Positions 51,901 to 61,528 of a stretch of 64,000 nt of DNA are shown piece after piece. The notes under the pieces were generated by a model. That model was not told the origin of the DNA. It saw nothing but the letters and a program-made list of their open reading frames with translations, and ran no database searches. The position numbers and the translations under genes are program-made. Position 1 is the stretch's first letter. Every line of letters starts with the position of its first letter. Source of the DNA: Cycas panzhihuaensis (taxonomy: Eukaryota; Plantae; Cycadophyta); assembly GCA_023213395.1 (NCBI GenBank), contig CM041465.1, forward strand, positions 138,081,741-138,145,740, read 5' to 3'.

Positions 51901-54900
51901 AGCTGTCTCCCACGAGCGATCGCTCGCCAAACTAGTTAGGCCTTCCGCCCAAGCAAGCCATGACCATACGAAGGGAGACAAACGTCCTTCCGACCATGTC
52001 TCGGCTTGCTCCATTGGAATCCCTGATTCCTCTTACCGAGAAGAAGGTCCCACACCTTCTTCTCCTAGTCTGATGCGTTTCGCCCCCATTGGTGTCGGCA
52101 GCTATGGGTATCTCGCCGTGTTTGATGACGATGGGTCCCATAGCGAGGATGAGGATCGTCCTCACCTGGTTTCGTTCCTCCGCACTAGTGTGGGGCATCC
52201 CCCTAGTCCTAGATTTCCTCCTATGACCCCTTTTGTCGTAGAGCCTGGTCATTTTCACATGTCACATGACATTGTGCATGTTGGGCATCACATTCCCAGC
52301 TCTTCCGTCCCATCACCTCCCGTAGGTGATGATGTTGAGAGTTTCCTCTTGCTTTTTACGAGGGACCTCTCCTTGACTCTCCTTCAGAGTCTCCTAGGGA
52401 TGATGGGCAGTTTTCAGGCCATACCAGTCCTATCGCTCCCATGCTATCCCGCGCCTCGTCCATTCGAAGTTAGGTCATCCGTGGGATGGACTACTTCGAA
52501 GACGATGAGGCTTTGCTGGAGCACTTAGCAGGTTCCATGCCTAGTTTGCCTCCTGGTCACCACAAGCTTGGCCACCAGAAGGTCTTAGTGATTGGGTCTG
52601 CGTTAGCCGACCCAATCCCCTCTTCCATTTCTTCCCTTCCGGTTGACCTCACCCCCATTTATTTTGAGGAGGGGAATGCCATGTGCACAGGGGTAACTCA
52701 GGACATAGTCCTTGCCCCAGACAAGGTCATCAAAGTAGGAGTGAAATGTACTCCTGACGAAGTGAGGGAATACACCTTCCTGTTTCAGGAATTCTGCGAT
52801 GTATTTGCATGGGACTACTCGGATATGAAGGGCATTGACCCCTCCATCATCGCGCATAACCTTACGACCTTTCCTGACACTCGCCCCGTGCGTCAGAAGC
52901 AACGCTCCCTTCACCCGAAGCTTTCAGCTGCTGTTAAGATGGAAGTTGAGAAGCTTCTGGAGGCGGGACTCATTTCTTCTATCGATTACCCTAAGTGGGT
53001 GTCGAATATCATTCCCGTTGCTAAGAAGAACGGGACCATTCGTATTTGTGTCGATTTTCGCGACATAAACAATGCTTGTCTTAAGGACAACTTTCCTCTT
53101 CCCTTCATCGATCAAATAATCGATCATACGGCCAGATTCGAAGTTATGTCCTTGATGGACGACTTCTATAGCTATAACTAGATTCAGATTTCTCATGAAG
53201 GCCGTCATAAGACGGCCTTCACTATGCCATGGGGTACCTTTGCCTACAAGGCAATGCCCTTTGGTCTTAAGAATGCAGGGGCCACTTAGCAAAGAGCCAT
53301 GCATTTTATCTTTCATGACCTCATCAACAACACGTTGGAGGTCTTCATGGATGATATGATGGGCCTTTCTCGTTCCAGAGCCCATCATCCCTCTGACTTG
53401 CGCGCCATCTTCACAAGATGCCGCAAGTACCATGTTAGTCTAAACCCGCTGAAATACGTATTTGCCGTCACTTCAGGCAAACTCTTGGGTTTCCTCGTGT
53501 CCCAGCAAGGAATCCAAATCGATCCAGAAAAAGTCAAGGCAATCCTTGACATGCTGCCACCTAGGACCCAACTACAAATTAAGTCGTTTCTAGGCAGGCT
53601 TGGTTTCTTGAGGCATTTTTTGGCAGATTTTGCCATAAACGCCAAGCCTCTAACAAACCTATTGAAGAAAGGAACCCCTTTTGTCTGGTCAGACAAGATC
53701 CAAAAGGCCTTCGTAGGGCTCAAGGAAGCTCTTGTTTCCACCCCTACGTTGGCACCTCCTTGCTTTGATAGGCCCTTCATCCTCTACACCTCATTGGCGG
53801 CGAATCCACAGGCGCAATGCTCGTGCGGAGGGCGATTCGAGGCGGGAGGGCCATCTATTTCATCAGCCGCACTCTCGTTGCCGCTGAATTAAACTATCCC
53901 CCCGTCGAAAAGGAATGCCTCTCCTTGGTCCATGCGACCAAGAAGTTTAGGCATTACTTGCTCGACAATACAATCAAGGTGATCGTTCAATCTGATCCCT
54001 TGCGTTACTTGCTTACCCGTTCAAATTTGACAGGTAGGGTGGGTCGTTGGGCCATCCTGCTTCAAGAATTTGACTTGCAAGTTGTCAATAGGAAGTCGAA
54101 GAAGGGAATGATAGTAGCTGAGCAATTAGCTGACGCTGCCATCCCCAACGCGAGCAGCGTTCCTGTTGACGACTCTTTCCCAGACGAGTCTATTATGACC
54201 ATCAGTGATGCTTCCTCTCACCCACTCGTCGATAGCGAGTGGTATGACGACATTGTGCGATATTTGACCCAGCAAGAATATCACCCTGAAGCTAGTAACA
54301 AGGTTAGGTTGCGTATCTGCGCCACTGCTAGACAATACTTCCTCGTAGATGAAGTGTTGTACGAGAGATCTTTCGACGGGATCCTGCTCTGCTGCGTCGC
54401 TCCTCACGAAGTGGACCAAATACTCCACAAATGCCACCATGGCATTTGTGGAGGCCACTTTGGGGGCCAATCCATGGCCTAAAGGATCCTTCGTATAGGC
54501 TATTACTGGCCGTCCTTGTTTAAGGATGCCCACACTTGTGCTCTTAGATGTCGGCATTGTCAGGGGCACGCCAACGTCTCTCACATACCTTCTGAGGCGT
54601 TGCACCCTATCGTGTCTCCGTGGCCCTTTTCTCAATGGGGTTTAGAACTCATTGGGGCTATATCACCGCCATCTCAACATAAATATGTCTTAACCACTAC
54701 TAAATACTTCACTAAATGCGTAGAGGCAATCCCCCTGTCTACTACCCCTGGCAAGACGATAGCCACCTTCATCTACCAGCATATTATCTGTCGTTTCGGG
54801 ATCCCAGATGTCCTAATTATGGATAATGGGACTTACTTTTATAATAAAGAGATGGACGAATTGTGCGAGAAGTTCAAGATCTCGCATAAGACGTCATCCC

Positions 54901-55471
54901 CTTATTATCCCAAGCGAACAGGCAAGTTGAATCTTTCAACAAAACGCTCGTTGGCATTTTGAAGAAAATCGTCGCCCAGTCTCAAAGGGACTGGCATATC
55001 CAACTCCCTTCCGCTCTATGGGCTTATCGCACCTCCATCCGCACAACTACCGGAATGACCCCATTCTCGTTAGTCTACGGAACCGAAGCGATACTCCCCT
55101 TGGAAGTGGAGATCCCTTCTCTTCAGGTTTCCCTTCGAGGCCTCATTGACGAGGAGTCTGTTCGTCAGGCTCACCTCTTAGACCTTGAAGCCCTAGATGA
55201 GAAGCGCTTAGCAGCTTATCAAGCGAACCTCACTTCGAAAGCCTGCTTGCAAAGGACACATGATAAACGTTTTCGTGCTCATCCTTTGTGTCCCGGGGAC
55301 CACGTCCTCAAATTGGAGTACCTTTACGATCGCTTGGCCAAATTCAGGCCCAAATGGGTAGGCCCCTTTGTCGTTCTTGAGAGCCTCGATAACAGCGCGA
55401 TCGCCACCTTAGACGGCTTGGAATTTGAGAAAGCGATCAACAGAAAATTCCTCAAGAAATTCTACGCGTAA
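48957..55471 (+). pseudogene. Tat gag-pol: Pro-rich N-terminus, gag core, CHHC knuckle, PR, RT, degenerate RH, INT
   Basis: LFPRSLQGNALKWF, WCSIHGECFHDDACC, VVDNGSSVN...LLGRPW, RICVDFRDIN, MPFGLKNAGAT, VFMDD, NYPPVEKECL, CH...CGGH...CRHC, IICRFGIP...DNG and RPKWVGPF. Scattered stops and frameshifts. Confidence 0.92.
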
Positions 55472-56163
55472 TCTTTCTGCTCTTTTCTTTGCCATGCTCC
55501 GAAACGAGCCTAAACTACCATTTTAAATTGTTCCCATTCCTCCCAACCACGGGTAGGATGGCAATTTAAGGTGGATTTTTGGTTCTTTTTCTGATTCCTC
55601 CCATGGAACCTGCATTCTCATGCGCTTTTAGGAACCTTTGTCCTCCTATTTGGGCATCCCCCAACCAGGACGACGTTGTGGAGTATTGTCACTCCCCTCT
55701 CGTGCCTGTCGTTTCCTTCGCATATTCCGCTATGCTCCCCTGTGGACGTGTATGTCGCTCTATTCCTAACCTCACACCTTTAGAAAAAGCGATGTATGTC
55801 GCTCTATTCAAAAAAGTGGTCAATGGGAAATTCCTCAAGAAGTTCTACGCGTGATCTTTTCACCCTCTTCCTTGTCTTGCTCCAAAACGAGCCTAAACTA
55901 CCATCTTAAATTGTCCCCATTCCTCCCAACTGCGAGTTGAATGGCAACTTAAGGTGGATTTTTGCTTCTTCTTCTGGTTCCCCCCGTGGAACCCGCGTTC
56001 CCGTGTGCTCTTGGGAACCTTCGTCCTCATATTTGGGCATCTCCCCAACCAAAACGACGCTGTGGAGTATTGTCACTCCCCTCTCGCGCCTGTCGTTTCC
56101 TTCGCATATTCCGCTATGCTCCCCTGTGGACGTGTATGTTGCTCTATTCCTAACCTCACACCT
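55425..56163 (+). repeat. Tandem duplication (~383-bp period) of the integrase end and 3' UTR
   Basis: AAATTCCTCAAGAA.TTCTACGCGT recurs at ~55445 and ~55828, and the copies are colinear to CCTCACACCT (55770 / 56153). Confidence 0.93.
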
Positions 56164-56382
56164 CTCGATCGCCTCTGCTTACGGTGGATGTGTGTGCTCC
56201 TGTTAGACATATGGCCATACATAGAAGGAAACACATGCATCTTACAACAAATTTCTTACAACAAAACATATTTACATTTACAACATACAGAAAATATTCA
56301 TTTGCAAAAGTAAATCATACATGCTATCTCTATCATACATGATACACACCATTTCATGTCAAAATGGGGTTCCAATTATCCC

Positions 56383-56385
<3 letters not shown>

Positions 56386-56428
<43 letters not shown>
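56386..56428. repeat. (TA)n microsatellite
   Basis: About 21 perfect TA units. Confidence 0.97.
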
Positions 56429-56430
<2 letters not shown>

Positions 56431-56494
56431 AAATGTCATGGTACATCATGTGTGTGGGAAGCCGGGATCCTTGCAGGGGGGGGTACAATCATGT

Positions 56495-58447
56495 AAGCCT
56501 ACATATGACCCCCTGGAGGCCCGTTCTTTCTCGTCAAAACCATATGCATGTACATCTCATCCTGCTGCATCACGACCTAGGGTCCCATCCCGATGCATGT
56601 GATCCCTCTCCTGGGGACCACATCCCTGCGAGGCTCCTCCTGGGCCTCCACGAGCTACCTGCCTCGCTCTCCTCATCCCGAGGTTGTCTCAAGGTCGTAG
56701 CCGCTGTCTGTGTGTGGGTCTGGCTCCTGCTCGACCTCGAGACCACTTGTGCTACCAGCTGGTCATAGCGGACCTAGATGCGATCCCTCTCACCTCGGAG
56801 TCCCTCCTCTATGGCCCTGAACTTCTCCTCCGACGCCTTAAGGCGCTCCTCTAGGACTGCTAGGCGAGTCTTTGCTCCTGCGTCTCCTCTGGCTCGCTCG
56901 GCTCTCGAGGCTGAACCCGTCAGTGACTGTCCCGCTCACCCCTGGTCATGTCGAGCTCTCGCTGCAGCTGTCCCCGGAATGCCATGTGCTCCTGGGTCTC
57001 TGCATCCCAGATGTCTCTGACCCTCGTCAGTGGGGCGAACTCCTGCATGTAGGCTCCTACCGATCTTGGCGCATCCTCCGCCTGGATGGGTGGTTGCCCC
57101 TCTGCGTAGACCTGAGGGAACAGCTCCCTCACCATGGCCTCGACCAGCCTCTGTACCTCTACTACTCCTATCAAGGCAACATGCCATGTGTCAGTGTACA
57201 TACTCACTGCATATCATAATGGAATGAAATAAAAAATCTATCTAGATGTCAAACGACTAAGGAAACGGTTAGGTCTCACATCGTGGGTGCGGATCCTGCT
57301 ACTCGGGCGACATCCTCATCTCTTGGCCCTCCGCCAAGCTGCAGGGGCCTCATCCTCTAGCATGTCCTCTTCCTCTGCCTCGTCTCTGGCAGGGACTAAC
57401 TCGACCCTCACCTCTCCGGATCTCCTCATGATCCATAGCCTGCGCCCCCTGGTCTCGGTCGTCCTGCTTGTCTCGGTAGCTCCTGATGGGCCTGCTCCTC
57501 CTATGGCAGTCTCGGATGGTCCTGTTGCGCCCTCTGATGACTGCGATGGGCCTGCCTCTCCTACAAGTCATGATGGACCAGCCCCATCTCCCCCGTCATC
57601 GCTGTCATCATCCCCATCATCGTCGTCGTCATCACTGTCATCATTGATGGGTGCTCCTACTCCTCCTGCTCCGTCATCACTCTCCCACCTCACTGCTCTG
57701 TAAGGCTCTGCTATGAAGTTAGTCAGAGTGAGGAGGTCGAGTGATGTCGCATCAACTGACCGACGGACATGGGCCTGGTCCTCTGTCCCTCGGAGCCTCA
57801 TCTGCCACCTATGGACCATCGGGGCCCACCTCGCTATAGGGAATGGCCCCCCTGCCGGTGCCACTGCCGCAAAGTGATCAAAAAACCAGCACTGTAGCAG
57901 CGTGCTGTAGGAAAAGCCTCCTCTGCCTGATCTCCTGATGGTGTCTAATTGGGCGACAAGGTTCACTTAGCCCAGGTGGCCCGATCCATCCTCTCACCGG
58001 CCTCACCTGCCGTAGCTGCGTCCACCCATCCTCGAGGATCTCCACAGTTCTATTCCGGGAGATCCAGAACAGAATGCATAGTAGAATGAGCTTCCTCGCG
58101 GGAATCCACGACATAATCTTGTTTGGAGGGGCTCCCCTCGCTCCCACTGTCATCCCGTGAGGCTGAACGCCTCCCATGTCTTGCCTCGGTCTTGGCGGCG
58201 CCCTCGGCATCCACGGGTCTCCCTGCGGTACCCCTAGGATCACTTTGATATCTCCTAGGGTGATGGTAATGTCGCCTATCTGAGGCAAGTGGAATACATG
58301 CCTCCTCCTATCCTAGTATGACACTATGTCAACGAGGCCGTGATCGATCTGTTGGGGTCTTGAGGGGCCTTGTATGGTGCATCTCTTTAGTCGCCTTGTC
58401 CTCTGAGTCGCCATCTCCGGGTAACTTTCGAGAATGGGCATCGACAT
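56495..58447 (-). pseudogene. Antisense extra gene of the Tat element: Plant Mobile Domain (PMD) + acidic/AGPS-repeat linker + coiled-coil-like tail
   Basis: QIDHGLVDIVSY*DRRRHVFHLPQIGDITITLGDIKVILGVP and STLLQCWFFDHF match the PMD motifs W...HTFHL..GE.TITL.DV..LLGLP and LLQ.W.WEH. A candidate GT-AG intron lies at 57279-57207. Confidence 0.78.
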
Positions 58448-59143
58448 TTCGCGATTATCCGTGATAACTACTTGTAGTCAGTTGAAGCCAGTCAAAGTCA
58501 GTCTCCTAGCAGTCATCTAGGCCCCTAGCTATCTGTCTAGATGTCTTTTCTGGTTTCAAATTTGTTTGGCCCTTTTTCTATTTTCTAATTTTACGCTGCG
58601 TCTGGCTCCAAATTAGTAGTACCGCTAAGTTTGGAGCGGGTCCCGCAGCGATCCTGGCTTCCAGCGATCCTGCGGCCAAGATCGCGGATCTTGCGATCTT
58701 GGCCGTGACTCTGCATGGCAACCCCTCTAAAAAGGGGGGTTTTAGCCCTGAAAATCAAAAATTTTTGTGGTGGACCCCACGTGGAGCCCACCGGGACCAG
58801 GGCTGCCTAATGCCCAGGTCCTCGCCTCTTACCGGGTCCAATTCGGACTCCGAGAGGCCTCCAATTGCCCATAAGGGGCATAAAAAGCATTAAAAATCAA
58901 TTTAATAAGCAATGAATTTTAAACTTTGAAATGATGAGGGTTGCGTGAGATCCACTCACTGGGTCTGGCCTGACCATCGCCATCTCATCTCTGGGGTTGT
59001 GACGACTGTCTCCTCGCTCGAATCCGACGGTCGGATCGTCTCATGCGTGCCTCCGAAGTCGGGTAGCGCTCCGCGTTGTAAGGAATAGGCTCTGGTTTAG
59101 TACGAGAGCCGGTGAAAATGAATCCAATTTTCATTAGTTTTCC

Positions 59144-59151
59144 TTATATAG
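59144..59151 (-). promoter_or_regulatory. Candidate TATA box (CTATATAA on the minus strand) between the PMD and aRH genes
   Basis: An isolated TATATAA in a GC-rich spacer, ~700 bp upstream of the PMD ATG. A GTGAGT donor-like site lies downstream at 58959-58954. Confidence 0.4.
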
Positions 59152-59681
59152 CCGGGGGCTCCGATGAGCACTTCTCCCGTTTCTAGCTCCGTGACAGTCG
59201 TTGGGACCATCTTGTTGCCCTGTTAGCCTTTACCTTCTAGCCCAGTCACCCATTGTGCTCTATGGATGCTCTTTTTGCCCTCTCTCGCAAGGGCATTTAT
59301 GGTGCCTCATTATCGCACTTTTGCTAGGGCCCTTTTTCATTGTTTTACGCGCTACTCCCGTGCATGCCCGAGTTTACACTCGTTTGGCCCGTTTCGCTGC
59401 CCTGGACTCATTTTTGCAGCCCTTTCTCACCCGGGTCCCCGAAATGCTCCCACAGTGCAGGGGCATGTTTTGCTTTCCAAAGTAGCCTTGGGCACCCCAG
59501 GGCATCTTTCCTCCGCCCACGCTCAGCCAATGGACGAATTGCTTGCTCTCACCCTTGGGTAACCTCATTGTTAGGTCCTCCTACCCTTCTTGGCCATACT
59601 TCTCCCTTTTGCACTTACTATTTGAGTCTTTACTTTACTTTCATTTGCCATTTGCTTACTACCAGAGCTTAGTACTCAGTC

Positions 59682-60075
59682 ATGTCTCTTCTCATTTTTA
59701 CTGATCGTGGAAGTCGCGGCAACCCCGGGCCTTCCGCCGCTGCGTGGATTCTTCGCAGCTCCTCTGGACACGATTTCTTGCGTTCTGGGGTCTTTCTTCC
59801 CGAGGCTACTAATAACGAAGCTGAGTATATGGCCGTTATTGAAGCCCTTACCGATGCTCTCCGTTTCCATTGCAGGTCCATTGTGTTGTTTTGCGATTCT
59901 CAGGTTGTGGTGTCCCATCTCACCCAGGTTTACCAGGTGCGATGCCCCCCTCTGAGCCTGGCGTCTGCCAGTCTCTTACAACTTGTTCTTGTCGGTGGAT
60001 ATTGACATATCCCGGGCACCTCAATGTTGGTGTGACCTCGTCCACCTCATCCTTGGCGCCGCCTCCCTATTCTGA
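59682..60075 (+). CDS. Stand-alone archaeal-type RNase HI (aRH); 3' part frameshifted as given
   Basis: IFTDRGSRGNPG...ATNNEAEYMAVIEAL...LFCDSQVVV, with HIP.HLNV..D in a shifted frame. The D, E and D catalytic residues are present. Confidence 0.9.
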
Positions 60076-60421
60076 ATAGCCCCTTAGGCTTTTGCACGGC
60101 CCGTGCCCAAGTCTCTAGTTCTTTGGTTAGATGTGCTTGCTCTATTCTTTGGGTGCCCTCCTGCTTCGTTGCATTTGAGCGGAGGCATCCCCTTTCTTGC
60201 TTATTTCGATTTCGGATCGATGTTAGGCGATGTGTGGCGACCCTCGTTGTCCTCGTCTCATCTCCCTTGTCCACGCATTACGCCATGACACTCGCCTACG
60301 CCACAGGTCCCGTCTTGCTCTTTATTGCTTTTATATATATATGCATGTGCTACTCATATTTTTATTATCGATTCGCCATCACATTACGCTTACGGCGGTG
60401 AGGCTCTCTTTGCCGAGGCGG

Positions 60422-61528
60422 TGTTTCCAAGCTCTTGGGAATGGACTCGAGGCGCATCGCGGGTTTGTTCAGGTATATTTTCTTACTTTTCTTGCCCATG
60501 CTTGATTGAGGTTATTTAGAGTAGGTTGCTTGACATATGCCTGTCTGCACACATTGCTTTTCTACTTGTTCATTATGCATGTGCCTACGGCATGCCATTA
60601 ACTATGGCGACTCTGGGGGTATTCCTCGATGAATGCTACACCGTGTATACAACCACCCACGGTGTCCCCACGGTCCTCCGGGATGTTTTTGTCAGTTTTA
60701 TTTGTTCTTGTTGCAACATGTTGCTTATGTTGCAGTCCTTCCTAAGTCCAGTTTAACCCTTAGTTAGGACTCTTTGCATTGTTTTGGGTACTTGCCCACT
60801 GCCTGGGCACTCCCTCAGCTGCTCTAATTCATATTTGGCCTTTGTTTTTGCCTCAAAACCTGATTTTCCTATTTGTTTTTCTTTTTTAGTTTCGGTACGT
60901 CTGGCGGTAAACTAAGCGATGACATGAGTTTGCGATCTGTGAGTTTCTGAGATATGTTGTTTGAAATTTAAAAAGAAAACCATGACGATTTCCGTTTTTA
61001 GTGGCTGGTGGTGATGATTGATTGAGTTGCCCTAACATCCCCAACATTCACTGCTTTGTGAGCAGGGGATAAAGGGATTTGCTCCCATTTTTCGGATCTT
61101 TTTGGCCATTTTAAAACTTCGAGGAGAATTCCAAAGATTTTGCAGGAAAAACTCACGAGAAAACAACTTCATGCAAGCGAAGAAGGAAGTGAGTTGCCAT
61201 CATTTGGATTTTGCGGGCCATTCTTGCCCCTGCGCTTTCCTGACCAACTCCATTCTTCTTGCGGTGCTCGAGAGATTCAAGGGTCTTCTTCAACCAAAAA
61301 TGTCCCAAGGTCTACAGCTCCAAGCTTGCGAGGAGCTTCCTTGACCATACCATTGCGGGAATTACTCATAACCTTGACCTCTGTTGTCACCTATTCTTCT
61401 TTGCTCCAAGTGACAAAATACATGTAATCTCCCATACAAGGTACTCTGGTTTTGCTTTGACTTCTTGGTCTTTACTTGCAATTCCTTCATTTTTACTTGC
61501 AACTTTCTTGTTTTTACTAGCAAGTAGT
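60422..61528 (+). repeat. First ~1.1 kb of the Tat 3' LTR
   Basis: Colinear with 46165-~47317, ending at CAAGTAGT. Confidence 0.9.

Larger units (their letters stand above)
46165..61528 (+). mobile_element. Tat-clade Ty3/Gypsy element with INT-then-aRH order (TatIII-like); 3' LTR interrupted, true end outside the window
   Basis: 2.5-kb 5' LTR, Arg-type PBS, gag-PR-RT-RH-INT, a ~5-kb 3' region with antisense PMD and an archaeal-type RNase H, and a 3' LTR start at 60422 matching 46165. Confidence 0.88.
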
